Assembly (NCBI RefSeq): GCF_037042905.1
Contig: NC_087245.1
Span: 3,164,001-3,228,000 of the forward strand
DNA length: 64,000 nt
From: Lytechinus pictus
Lineage: Eukaryota
Direction: 5' to 3'
Under the pieces are notes generated by a model that saw only the letters and a program-made list of their open reading frames with translations, searched no databases and had not been told where the DNA came from. Below, piece by piece: positions 1 through 13,402 of this stretch. The number at the start of each line of letters is the position of its first letter. Position 1 is the first letter of the stretch. A program made the translations under genes and the position numbers.

Positions 1-2157
1 ACATGAAATTGAAAACTGTATTTTCCTGAATTTTGGACAGGTAGGTCAATAAGGTAAAATGATGTTAGTCTTTTGTAAGGGCTTGTTAAGACTAATTTAT
101 TGACATGATCATGATGTGTTCACTCTTATAGATATATGTTTGATGCACCTTTTCACTATTATTGTGTCTGAATCTTCAAATTTGTATGTTGGTGAAATTG
201 ACACAATTGTATTAAAATGGTATTTTTCAAGTAAAAAGTATATGCATTTGTGTAATATGTTTTTGGTATGTCTACCTTTATTCTACTCTCATTTACCCTT
301 CCATTCCTATCCTTATCACTGTCTTTCTGTCTGTCTCTCTCTCTCTGCAGGTTGCTCTTTTTCACACAGAAGCACACACACTTATGATCATAAATATGAT
401 CTGGAATGTCGCTAACTGGAATTTAACTCTGTTTCATTTGAATAGTGAAAGTGTGGTAAATAAAACAATGAAATATTGGAACATTTCTCCCTTTTATCTA
501 GTACCTTTAAAGGTAAATTACATTGCCATTGACATGTTGAAGGATTCTGACTTTTACATTCAGGTCCTTTTACAATCAACTTTGAATTAGAGAAATCTTT
601 GTCCACCAATGCAGGGGTGTGAGAGTTCAGATTTCTATCTGATTTCAGATTTTTTTTGTTTTGATTTTCAGCTTAATTTCAGCTTATTTTTGGCCTTCCT
701 CTGTACAAAAAGTATGGGAGCTCTTTCTATTTCAGACTTTTTCAACACTCTTCAGCTTTTTTTTATTTGTGACCACTCACCCCTGCCAATGGAATGTCTA
801 AGAATAGTTAATATGATTAATGGATGGTATTATTATTCTACTAATAATAGCTATGGTAATTATTATTTCATCGTGTCGGCTGTCACACCACGGTAAATGA
901 TTAAGTATCGTTTTGAATATAGATGCTTTATCGGATTAGATATTATATTCATTATCTGTGGTGTGGTAAGCAGATAAAAGCATACATATGATGACGCACT
1001 TGGAATAGTTTATATTTTATTCACTTGCAACGCATCCGAGTACTGAAGGTTGGTGCCAAAAGTGGGGACGTTACGTTTTAGGTTTGCCCTTCCATTTAAC
1101 AAATTTTCGACCATTTTTTAGATAAGCTCAGAGGTATTGTTGATCTGATCACAGGGTATGTGTTTTTTTCTCCCCCTATTCCCGGCGTGTAAACATTTTT
1201 ATATTCTTCATTTATTGCTATAGATATCCAATTTAGGTTGAAGCATTCCACCACATGAACTTCAGGCTGGATGACAAGCTGATGATGGTAAATGTTCGAA
1301 GTAAAACGAGGCGGTGTTTTATGACTAAAAATCAGCTAGTACCGCAAAAGACAAGCTTGATTTTCAATATTTAGAAACAGAGGTCTACGATCAATCGATT
1401 GACTTTTTTTCGTGTGGAGAAAAAATATTCATAAATGGACGTGATCTATTCTTGCAACCCCCCCCCCCCTCCCGAATAGTCTCGATAATTTGCTGCACTG
1501 TATGTGTGTGTATGAGCAAGGGTATTTATGCGTTGAAAAAAGGTGAGGGTGTGCGTGTGTGTGTGATTGCTCGCGATTTGAAAATCATTCACAGACACAG
1601 TACAGAGCATCATCGTAATCTGAACGTGAGTTAATCCAGCTCGAGGTTAAATCGCTTTTTTTCGCTCTATGAGGGGTCGGGGGGTAAATTTAGAACGCGA
1701 CCCAAATTTTGACCAGTTCGTAGTTACTTCATGGACAATTTTGGTCAAATTACCTTTCATGTATTTTATTATGATAAGCAGATTTCAAACCAAGATATTA
1801 CGTAAGCATGCCTTACATAGCAGGATGAAGAAATTAAAAAGACCAGAGGACTAGAATAACCACCAATAAACACTCTATGAAGGTATTTGTTGCATTTCTA
1901 CTTTGAATGCATATTAGAGTATGTTGTAAAATGTACTTGGCAAACTGTAGAATACCATTCGTTCGTGGACGCATTGTTGTTTTTTGTGGAAAAACACAGT
2001 TCAAAAGAATATATGAATAATCAAGACATCAAAGTTGGTGCTTATCCCATTAAATTTTAAACCACCATGTCACTTTAGTACCAATGACCTTCCTTTGATC
2101 ATGCGCCGAATCTTCTGATCATGCGCAGAATGGAACTACGTGCATGAACTACACCTG

Positions 2158-2382
2158 GGGCCCGTTGCAGAAAGAGTTGCAATCAATCGCAACTCTAAAA
2201 ATCACGCGCAACTTGATTTTCAACCAATTAACCCCTGGGGCCCGTTGCAGAAAGAGTTACGTTTAAACGCAAGTCAAAAAATCAATCGCAAGTCCCAAAT
2301 GCACGCTGTTGATTGGTTGAAAATCAAGTTGTGCATGATTTTTAGAGTTACAATTGATTGCAACTCTTTCTGCAACGGCCCC
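2158..2382. mobile_element. PIF/Harbinger-like MITE
   Basis: ~70-bp TIRs beginning GGGCCCGTTGCAGAAAGAGTTGCAATC, 3-bp TSD CTG at 2155-2157 and 2383-2385, extra internal copy of the terminus near 2235. Confidence 0.85.
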
Positions 2383-3831
2383 CTGATCTGTAATGGACTG
2401 AAAACTGCGCTGTTAGGTAATGAACTTTATATTTAAGACTAATCAAGCGAGACCAATAAAATCCTCACGAAATAAAGTAGCTTTCCTAAAACTTAACACA
2501 ATTGAGAATGATAATTGATTCAAAATTAAATCAGGAACATTTTTCCCTGCATGGGTTTCTTTCTCTTATATTCAACATATGCGAATGTAATTTTTTTTTT
2601 AATCTGACTATGGAGGAGTCATTAATTCCCAATGACAATTGCCGAAAACCTCGTTTCTTGCACCACGAGCAGGAACTGATTTTTTGACGCATAAAGAAGA
2701 CCTTTCACCACTTTCTCTTCTCTTTCCATTTTGGTCTAACTTTTTTTTTAATTAGAGACTAAGATCCAAATGAATGAGCCGAAATAATTAATTTAATTTT
2801 GATGGAAGGAATTTCTTACGCACCACATACTTCAGCAAAACGAACTTAAAATGTTTATAGCCAAAACAATGCTATAACTGATATTGCATTTTCTTTTACC
2901 AAGATATTCAGCAAAAACTTTATCAAATTATGTTTTCCTAATGATCGTTCCCTTAATAGGTATCTTCGTGATTTTTTTAATTGCAAACTACAATTAATCC
3001 CCCCAAAAAATTGAGATGTCATGATTCTTTTCGAGCTTTTAGGGTTAATACAAAGACACATTCCTCACAGACTCCCCAAACATGTTCAGTCTTTTCTTTC
3101 CTTTTTAACGTTTCTTTATTCTTCCTTTATTTTATTACCAACATTCAAGTCGCCTTTCTTTTTCTTTCTCCCCAACGCCTTTTGCAAAATATTTTGAATT
3201 TGCCATATCCCATGCGCTTTCTCTCTCCCTCGCTATCTCTTTTCACCTCTTTTTTTTTACACTAATTGTAATATTATACATCCCTTGCCGCATACGCATA
3301 CACGGCATACTTTTCACTCTTCCAACTTGCGTAAGCTGTAGTACGCACTAAGCTTGAACATTATTAGAAATCAATTACGGGATTATAAAGAAAGCTATGA
3401 TCTATCCACCCATCATAGAAAGACAAACAATGTCAACGACAGAGAGGGAGAGAGAGGGGGAGAGAGTGAGTGAGGGTACCTCAGGGCGAATGAAATACAA
3501 TTAATCATAGTACGAGCGTGGGAGAATCTGGTAGTGAAAAGATCATCTAATCAATAGCAGAGGAGCTTTTAAAAGCAGTGCCATCTCATTTTATTTCATT
3601 TGAAAAGACGTAGAGCAGTTGCCGATTCTAAAGTGATTTTTAGGAACTACTGGTGTAACTTTTTTATCCATTTCATTTTGACTTGTGACCAAGCTAATTG
3701 ATATAGAGAGATATACCCGCACGGAGTTTTCTACGCCGTTATTTTCTCACTTTATGTAAACGACGTCGACAAAGCAGACGACACGTCCGCTCTTTCGTCG
3801 CTTCCCGGCTTATGTTGAGTGAACTCTCTCA

Positions 3832-4171
3832 ATGATGCTGGTTTTCCGAGCATGGACAATACCCGATGTAAATGTTTTTATTTTTGGTGCTCTTTCTCTC
3901 ATTTTCCTTCTTCCACCTACTATATCAACCTCGGTTGAAGATTCTTTATTCAAAAGGCTTCGTATATTAAACGAAGAGCCTAGAATATGGTACGAAGAGT
4001 CGACAGTTTACGAGCCTTCGCCATCAGCAGCCAAGACAGTGACCATCCGTACTGTCACGGAGAGTCAGCCTGAAGAACTTGTCACTCAAACTGTTTCCCA
4101 TCTTGCTAGATTTATAGGCCAACTTAATATCGGACACGATGACTTGCGCAGTATGATCACTAGATTATTTG
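3832..4171 (+). CDS. Exon 1 of a secreted LDLa-repeat/EGF protein: signal peptide plus ~80-aa region of unknown fold
   Basis: Starts at ATG, contains a hydrophobic stretch (VFIFGALSLIFLLPP), stays open for 340 nt and ends at a strong donor G|GTGAGT. Its phase 1 matches all downstream exons. Linkage to exon 2 is inferred from phase and strand only. Confidence 0.7.
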
Positions 4172-5217
4172 GTGAGTAAATATTTTTACTAACAAGAAAA
4201 CTAAAATTTCTGATAATCCTGAAGAATATTCATTCAAGAGAAATGTAAATGTACAACAGACAATGAAGAAGGTAGGAAGAAGAAGAAAAAGAACAACAAC
4301 AACAACGAGACGAATATGAAGAAGAAATGGAAGAAGATGAAAGAAATAGAAAGAAGAAGAAGAAGAAGAAGTTTGTCTATTTGACTAAGGCGAAAGGTGT
4401 TTATTCCAAATTAGATGGAACGATGTACTACGGGAGAAACGCACTTCTATACCAGAAACTGGACTTAGACGCAAAACTCACGTCTTCTGCGTTGGCAGAG
4501 ATAAGGATTGAGGTTTATTTATTTATGTTTCATAATGTGCTCATTGGTGAGATAATACAGAACAAAACTAATTTACGAATGGGGAGAGGGGTGCACCCAT
4601 TTATAATTTATGATCATGATCCGCATTTATTCCGCAACTTATCCGGATAAAATGAAATTAAATTTAATGAATACATTGCAATTACAATATATAATTTGTA
4701 TTTAATTCTTTAATTTAGTTATTTGTCAAATTATTCAGTGTAGCTCAATTTCTTATCCAATCGTAGACAAGCTCTTGCAGAGTGTCCTCCAATAATAAAG
4801 TAGTCAATTAAGATTCGAAACAGATATGTACACAATCAAATCAAATTATTGCATTATTATTTTTATTTCTTTTCTTTTATAATTTATATTGCAATGAATC
4901 AATTGAAATGATGATTGCAGATGGATCCGTGTTACATTTGTTTCGCCAAATTAACTGTTTCCAGTTTCAGATGTATACTTTTAATTCATATGTTTCTTTT
5001 TATGTTCTTATACTGACCTGGATGGAGGTAAAGGGGTGTGGGAAGGGAGACCTGTGGGTCATGGTAATTTCGTTAACCCTTTCCAAACCCAGGCAGCCCC
5101 TTCATCTCTATTCCAGGTCCTTTGTATTATGTCATGTATATCCTATTGTTTATGTAATTTGTATTGTACTATAATTCATGTATTTTGAAATGCCGAATAA
5201 ATAATAATGGTAATAAC

Positions 5218-5249
<32 letters not shown>

Positions 5250-5408
5250 TAATAATAATAATGTTCTTTGAAGTGTCCTCGAGCTACCTCTTGTTTGAGA
5301 GAGCGAAAAATGTCCGCATCCAAATGAGTAAAATAAAGAGAGACCCGAATATTGACTCAATGGCTCATTAGAGAGAACCTGCCGATGTCCGTAGGACAGC
5401 CCACTTGA

Positions 5409-6907
5409 TGCTACAGTCACACGGTCCATTACGGAAGCTGCGGATGCCTACGGATAAAAAATCTGTAGGCATCCGCAAGGATCCGTATTATCAGTAAGCA
5501 TCCGTATCCATCCAAGATTCAATCCGCAGGATCCGCAGCGGAAATTTTGAAAATCTCAAAATATACGTAAGCATCCGCAGAATATACGTTATCCATACGT
5601 AAAATACGTAACTCATACGTAAACCCATTTGAACAATTCGTAGAATACGTAACTGATCCGCACACTTAATGATCATTAAGTGACATGAAAGTTTAAATAT
5701 ATGCAAATGGGCTTAATAATTTTTTCTTTCAAAATTCTATGGCTTTTTTACACTTTCGGGGGGGGGGGGTGAATTCTTATAATCATTTAAACCATCTAAA
5801 ACCAACATTTTTTTCTATACAACATTGAAATAAAAACAACAACGTTTTTTTTTACCTTGATTCACAATTTCCAATCAGGCAGATTAATGCGGAAACATTA
5901 TTTTTCCATCACCGTGACACGGTATCACATATATATCACATTTCTGAACAATATTTGTTATCTTTTAAACCAAGCACTTAAAAAAAGGTTACCGAAATAG
6001 ATATTCATTGTAAGTTTCTTGGTTATTATTCTGTCATGTCTGGTATACCTGCCGAATGGAAAATGTTTGCGAAAAACCTCCTAAAAATGTTCATTACCAA
6101 AAAGAAACTGGCACGAACAAGCTTACGAAAGGATGTATATAGATTTATTTATAAATTCATAAACATATCAAGAACATTTAGATATTTGCAATATAAATTC
6201 TTCATAATATCCTTGGTGTTAAGAAGTATCTGAAAACTGTTGGTATATTAAATTTTGAATTTTGTTCCTTTTGCCCATTTATTTTGGATGATTAGATGAT
6301 TTAGAAAAATTCACTCTCAAAATTGAACTAATGTTATCTTTTAATTATGGATCGAGGCACGTCGGGCCTATGTTTTTCTATATTTTACTTTCTATACATG
6401 TATAATATTGCCTGTAATATATTACATTCACTTTGCAGAATAATTTTTTTTCATGGAAATATATTGAATACTTTTTGAAAAAAAACCACAGTTTTGCATA
6501 TCAGTTTGCATATCTGCAAGCAGCCTGTAAATATGTTAAAGCACATTGTGGTAAACATTTATTTAAAAAAAAGCATTCTAGCTCTCAGAATTGATGAAAT
6601 GCGACTCACGCAAGTTCCGATCCACGGGGGTTTATATGCGGATGGTGCGGTCGCCAGAGGAAGCTGACATGCGCAGACACGAGCGTAACTTATCTGTATA
6701 TCGTCCGTAAGTCATCCGTCCGTCACAAGTCATGTGCCAGCGGATGGGCTCATTCGCAGGATTGCATCCGTAATCAATCCGTATCTTCCGCAGAATATTG
6801 GTAACTTTTGCTAAAATTTCCGTTTTTTGGGGAAAAAATACGCATTTTCATTATCCAAATATACGCGGGCATTCGCAGGTCCGTAACATAACCGTTTGAT
6901 TGTAGCA
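5409..6907. mobile_element. ~1.5-kb non-autonomous DNA transposon, Harbinger-like
   Basis: Imperfect TIRs TGCTACAGTCACACGG / CCGTTTGATTGTAGCA, flanks TGA and TTA, many subterminal ATCCGCA/TACGGA motifs at both ends. Confidence 0.7.
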
Positions 6908-7423
6908 TTACTTGATCTCTTCCATACAAGATCATAAAACGGTCCACAGTGCGATCAGGTTCAATGCGGACCTATTGAAAATTAGCGCAGTCGTAATCGC
7001 CGCGTACATGGTGCGGACCTAACGCAGATAAGTTTGCGAAAAAGGTTAATTGAAAAATATAGTACAATTTTGATAAACTTTCAAATATTGAAATATTTAA
7101 AAACCCTCTGACAGAACTTTCATGTATACGAGTTACTTTTAAGCATTCACTTTTCCCCTGGGAGGAAAACTGTTTGGCCTGCCTCTGAAAAGGTCTCATA
7201 TTTTCTCAATAACAGAATCTGAATTAAAATGTTCTGGCTGGACCAGACCGCATGGAACCATTAAAGTATCGAGGAAAACATTGATCCGTCTATTAAAACA
7301 ACACAAATCTTTTCAGTATACGATTTTCCCACTTAATTACTTTCAATACCAACTTCTTTAACATCGATTACTGAAAGTAAAGTACTCGAGTTTCATGGAG
7401 ATGCTACGAGGAGATATGACTGC

Positions 7424-8310
7424 TCTATACTGCAAAGGTATTGGGTTGTTCTTTTACCTTATCGACAGTTAAACACTATTTTAAGTGGTTTTCAAGCTAT
7501 CTAATCAGTCTGTATAGTACTCACCTAATATCAAATATCATGAAGGAAAAAAAGGTTCCATCCAATATCAGCTGCAAATCAAAAGAACGACATTGTAGGA
7601 AAAATTAAAAATACCATCTAAACCCAGACTATAGATGTGGTATCTGGGTGCTGTAACGATGGTGTGGGTGTGGGATAGGTTCAATGATAGATGTGGTATC
7701 TGGGTGCTGTAATGATGGTGTAGGTGTGGGTGAGGTTCAATCATAGATGTGGGATCTCAGTGATGTAATGATGATGTGCGTGTGGGTGAGGCTCAATGAT
7801 AGATGTTGTATCTGGGTGTTGTAATGATGGTGTGGACTGTGGGTGAGGTTAAATGATAGATGTGATCTATACTGCAAAGGTATTGGGTTGTTCTTTTACC
7901 TTATCGACAGTTAAACACTATTTTAAGTGGTTTTCAAGCTATCTAATCAGTCTGTATAGTACTCACCTAATATCAAATATCATGAAGGAAAAAAAGGTTC
8001 CATCCAATATCAGCTGCAAATCAAAAGAACGACATTGTAGGGAAAATTAAAAATACCATCTAAACCCAGACTATAGATGTGGTATCTGGGTGCTGTAACG
8101 ATGGTGTGGGTGTGGGTGTGGGTATGGGTGAGGTTCAATGATAGATGTGGTATCTGGGTGCTGTAATGATGGTGTAGGTGTGGATGAGGTTCAATCATAG
8201 ATGTGGGATCTCAGTGATGTAATGATGATGTGCGTGTGGGTGAGGCTCAATGATAGATGTTGTATCTGGGTGTTGTAATGATGGTGTGGACTGTGGGTGA
8301 GGTTAAATGA
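7424..8310. repeat. Direct tandem duplication of ~442 bp covering unique flank plus the first minisatellite units
   Basis: The ~208-bp segment TCTATACTGCAAAGG...AAACCCAGACTATAG occurs nearly identically at 7424 and 7866, each followed by the same variant repeat units. Confidence 0.95.
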
Positions 8311-10487
8311 TAGATGTGGTATCTGGGTGTTGTAATGATGGTGTGGTTGTGGGTGAGCTTAAATGATAGATGTGGTACCTGGGTGCTGTAATGATGGTGT
8401 GGGTGAGGTTCAATGATAGATGTGGTATCTGGGTGCTGTAATGATGGTGTGGGTGTGGGTGAGGTTCAATGATGGATGTGGTATCTGGGTGCTGTAATGA
8501 TGGTGTGTGGGTGAGGGTCAATGACAGATGTGGTATCTGGGTGCTGAAATGATGGTGTGGGTGAGGTTAAATGACAGGTGTGATATCTGGGTGCTGTAAT
8601 GATGGTGTGGGTGTGGGTGATGTAAAATGATAGATGTGGTATCTGGGTGCTGTAATGATGGTGTGAGTGTGGGTTAGGTTCAATGATGAATGTGGTATTT
8701 GGGTGCTGTAATGATGGTGTGAGTGTGGGTGAGGTTCTATGATAGATGTGGTATCTGGGTGCTGTAATGATGGTGTGAGTGTGGGTGAGGTTCTATGATA
8801 GATGTGGGATCTCAGTGATGTAATGATGATGTGCGTGTGGGTGAGGCTCAATGATATATGTTGTATCTGGGTGTTGTAATGATGGTGTGGTTGTGGGTGA
8901 GCTTAAATGATAGATGTGGTACATGGGTGCTGTAATGATGGTGTGGGTGAGGTTCAATGATAGATGTGGTATATGGGTGCTGTAATGATGGTGTGGGTGT
9001 GGGTGAGGTTCAATGATGGATGTGGTATCTGGGTGCTGTAATGATGGTGTGTGGGTGAGGGTCAATGACAGATGTGGTATCTGGGTGCTGAAATGATGGT
9101 GTGGGTGAGGTTAAATGACAGGTGTGATATCTGGGTGCTGTAATGATGGTGTGGGTGTGGGTGATGTAAAATGATAGATGTGGTATCTGGGTGCTGTAAT
9201 GATGGTGTGAGTGTGGGTTAGGTTCAATGACAGATGTGGTATCTGGGTGCTGTAATGATGGTGTGAGTGTGGGTGAGGTTAAATGATAGATGTGGTATCT
9301 GGGTGTTGTAATGATGGTGTGGTTGTGGGTGAGCTTAAATGATAGATGTGGTACCTGGGTGCTGTAATGATGGTGTGGGTGAGGTTCAATGATAGATGTG
9401 GTATCTGGGTGCTGTAATGATGGTGTGGGTGTGGGTGAGGTTCAATGATGGATGTGGTATCTGGGTGCTGTAATGATGGTGTGTGGGTGAGGGTCAATGA
9501 CAGATGTGGTATCTGGGTGCTGAAATGATGGTGTGGGTGAGGTTAAATGACAGGTGTGATATATGGGTGCTGTAATGATGGTGTGGGTGTGGGTGATGTA
9601 AAATGATAGATGTGGTATCTGGGTGCTGTAATGATGGTGTGAGTGTGGGTTAGGTTCAATGATGAATGTGGTATCTGGGTGCTGTAATGATGGTGTGAGT
9701 GTGGGTGAGGTTCTATGATAGATGTGGTATCTGGGTGCTGTAATGATGGTGTGAGTGTGGGTGAGGTTCTATGATAGATGTGGGATCTCAGTGATGTAAT
9801 GATGATGTGCGTGTGGGTGAGGCTCAATGATATATGTTGTATCTGGGTGTTGTAATGATGGTGTGGTTGTGGGTGAGCTTAAATGATAGATGTGGTACAT
9901 GGGTGCTGTAATGATGGTGTGGGTGAGGTTCAATGATAGATGTGGTATATGGGTGCTGTAATGATGGTGTGGGTGTGGGTGAGGGTCAATGACAGATGTG
10001 GTATCTGGGTGCTGAAATGATGGTGTGGGTGAGGTTAAATGACAGGTGTGATATCTGGGTGCTGTAATGATGGTGTGGGTGTGGGTGATGTAAAATGATA
10101 GATGTGGTTATTGGGTGCTGTAATGATGGTGTGAGTGTGGGTTAGGTTCAATGACAGATGTGGTATCTGGGTGCTGTAATGATGGTGTGAGTGTGGGTGA
10201 GGTTCTATGATAGATGTGGTATCTGGGTGCTGTAATGATGATGTGAGTGTGGGTGAGGCTCTATGATAGATGTGGTATCTGGGTGCTGTAATGATGATGT
10301 GGGTGTGGGTGAGGCTCTATGATAGATGTGGTATCTGGGTGCTGTAATGATGATGTGGGTGTGGGTTAGGTTCAATGATGGATGTGGTATCTGGGTGCTG
10401 TAATGATGGTGTGGGTGAGGTTCAATGATTTGATTGGGTATATTGGTGCTGTAATGATGGTGTGTGGGAGAGGTTCAATGATAGATG
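7630..10487. repeat. GT-rich minisatellite, unit ~50-56 bp (ATGATAGATGTGGTATCTGGGTGCTGTAATGATGGTGTGGGTGTGGGTGAGGTTCA)
   Basis: Roughly 45-50 tandem units are visible. Identical or near-identical minus-strand ORFs 976 bp apart show higher-order repetition. Confidence 0.97.
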
Positions 10488-11809
10488 CTCACATAGTTAC
10501 TAAATCGACTTTATGTAAAATATGTTGAAAATGCTTCATTTTAATCGTCGAACGTCCTTGAAAATAAATTAAGTTGAAAAAGGGGATGCATTGAGCATCA
10601 ATGCTACACACATTGTCTTATCCTAATAACCGAATGATATTTATTCACCTTATTTGCATGACGTAGCACAAACTAGAGTGATCGTGAGTTTGAAAAATCA
10701 AAACCTTTATTCGTTATTACAATGTCATTAGATATGTAACAAGTTCAACTTTTCTGACTATTCTATGCCCTGTAAGAGGCGAGGGACATTTCAAGATGGG
10801 ACATTTCCGAAAGTTTTTTTTTGTACATTTGCACATATCTGGGCGTTGCTTACGCAAATAGACCCAATTTGAGAAGTAATTTAGGTTCGCTCTCAGAAAT
10901 ATCTGTATTTGGTGATGTAGTTGTGTATAACACAATTCACTTAGACTGTGTTTTCTCCAAGTGGTAGCACTTTATGCAATAACTTAACATGTGATAGACC
11001 ATGTATAATTATGAATGTGAATATGCATAACACTTTTATGAGATAACAATTTTTGATGGTGGGTTTCGGTTTACTCTAATCAAACCTAAAATAGGTATAT
11101 GGTTAGGCAGTAAAGCATATCATAAAACGGCTTCAAGGATGTAGCAAATGGCGAGTGCACATGCAAGTCACATATTCATTCTTTGATTTTACCCAACCTC
11201 CGGATCCCAGTCGTGCATTCTTTCGTGCAACACTGTGCATTTTTGGTGTATCATTTTACCATGCATTTTACCCACAGCGCGCTAAAACTGAATACGCATT
11301 CTATCAAAGAAAGGGCTACGGCAAGGAATTATGCGCTTAATTTTCGGCGCGCATTACTAGATACACCTGCGATGTCATTATGGAAAGCATGCGTGATCTC
11401 TTCCTAAATGCGATCCTCAAAAATTTTGAGAGACTCAAACCACATGTCCACTTCAAATTTTATAAACAGTAATGCGCATTTTAAAATTCGTGACGATGGA
11501 GGTTTCTCGTATAACAACATGCAAAAGCATATTGTAAATCCTCGAATGCGCTGCATCGCCACAACACAGTCATAATGTGCTTTATTTGTATATTCTGCTT
11601 TATATCCTACATGTATTTAATCTTCTCTAGTTATTGGTTCAAACAGCATCATGAAACCAAACATATTCTAGCTATACTACTGATACAGACCGCCAACTAA
11701 AGAAAATGTACTTTTCCGTGACGTCAATGATGGAATAGTGCACTTATCCATCATTGACGTCACAGATCTTGCAATCTCGCTGACGCACCGGACATCGAGG
11801 TGCCTTTAC

Positions 11810-13360
11810 CGGGCGCAAAATTATTTTTCCCACCGCAGTTCTGGAACAAAATATGAATATTCATGACTTGCGTCGTCAGAATAAGAGTACACATGCGCGT
11901 GGATATCTTTACAAAATTAATTGTCAGTGCCTCGATCAGTGGTCGTTAGCGTTCACGTTGCCACGAATGATGAATCAGCACCCTCAAATTACCGGTACGG
12001 TACCCTTACATAGTTACATAGGCCTTATAAGCTTAGATCTATCTAGATCAAATTCTTAAATACTTATCAAACTAGCTGTCACTAATGACAAGACAAAATG
12101 CTAGGCTAGGGCTCGCTTAGGCTAGCGCTTTAAATTTACCTCAAATCTGGACCTGTCTAATGCCTCATACTAGTAGCCGACTAATGCCATGGTTAACTTC
12201 GAAGTGGTTAATTCCGAAGTTTACGTTTAATTAGATTAGAACAATTAGCTTAGTAGCCATGGTTTAATAGGTCTAGTCCGTATACAGGACAAGTCCTAGA
12301 TCTAAATAAAGTTATCTTAGATCTAGTCTAGTCTCTATATCTTGATAGATTCTGATCTACACTGTATCATCATGGAACGTATTCTAACGTCAGGCACAGT
12401 GAACAGAACATAGCCTACATAACCCGTTTAACGCACGCGGCTCTGCAATCGCAGAGAGTAAACTCTCGATCTTGACGGATCTTGATCCCCGTACGCGTCT
12501 TGATCAACAATAGATCGATCTGCATTTTTTTACCAATTATTAAAGGGAAATGAAACCTTTGGAACAAGTTGGCATGTGTCGAAACAGAAAATAAAAGAAT
12601 AAGAACAAAGAAAGTTTGAGAAAAATAGGACAAATAATGAGAAAGTTATGAGCATTTGAATATTACAATCAATAATGCTATGGGGATCTTCCCATTGGCA
12701 ATGCGACAAGGATGTGTGATGTCACATGTGAACAACTTTCCCTTTGAGGGACTACAAAATACCCCCAAAATGCCTCTTTTTTGCTTTTTCTCATGCTGAT
12801 ACAAACTCTTCATCCATGATATATTTTTTATAAATCTGTATTACATGCTCTCCTATAGAAAGAACACATGATATACCGTTAGATGTGATAAAAGAGGCAG
12901 TTTAAGTGAAATATATACTTAAGTAATGGGGAGAGTTGTTCACAAGTGACACCACACATCTTTGTCGCATTGCCAATGGGAGGATCTCCATAGCATTAGT
13001 GATCGCAATATTCAAATGCTCATAACCTTCTCATTATTTGTCTGTTTTTTCTCAAACTTTCGTTGATCTGATTCTTTGATTTTTCTGTTTTCACACAAGC
13101 TATCTAGATATAGATCTAAGCCTATAAGGCCTATGTAACTAATGTAAGGGTACCGGTAATGATTCATCCGTGGCAACGTGAATGCTAACGTGTACGCACG
13201 TACGTACGTACGCGACCAGTACGTACGTACACGACCACTGAGTGAATTAATTTTGTTTATGCATGTCCACGCGCATGTGTACTCGTATTCCGAAGACGCA
13301 AGTCATGAATATTCATATTTTGTTCCAGAACTGCGGTGGGAAAATTTTTTTCGCCTACCG
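11810..13360. repeat. Diverged inverted repeat with arms ~11810-12047 and ~13103-13360
   Basis: TTTTCCCACCGCAGTTCTGGAACAAAATATGAATATTCATGACTTGCGTC is mirrored at ~13295-13344, and the TTACATAGGCCTTATA..TTAGATCTA block is mirrored at ~13103-13140. Confidence 0.88.
12544..13105. mobile_element. Kolobok-like TTAA MITE, right end truncated
   Basis: Starts TTAA|AGGGAAATGAAACC with ~200-bp imperfect TIRs. It is an inverted copy of the complete element at 58505-59069. Confidence 0.85.
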
Positions 13361-13368
13361 GGCGAGTC

Positions 13369-13402
13369 CACTGAACTGGAAATACGTATTTCCAGTTCAG
13401 TG
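13369..13402. mobile_element. 34-bp perfect palindrome with 8-bp direct flanking repeat
   Basis: GGCGAGTC|CACTGAACTGGAAATACGTATTTCCAGTTCAGTG|GGCGAGTC. Confidence 0.7.

Noticed and set aside
8010..9827. His/Thr/Pro-rich minus-strand ORFs
   Set aside because: They are translations of the minisatellite, repeating at its period, with no splice or domain support.
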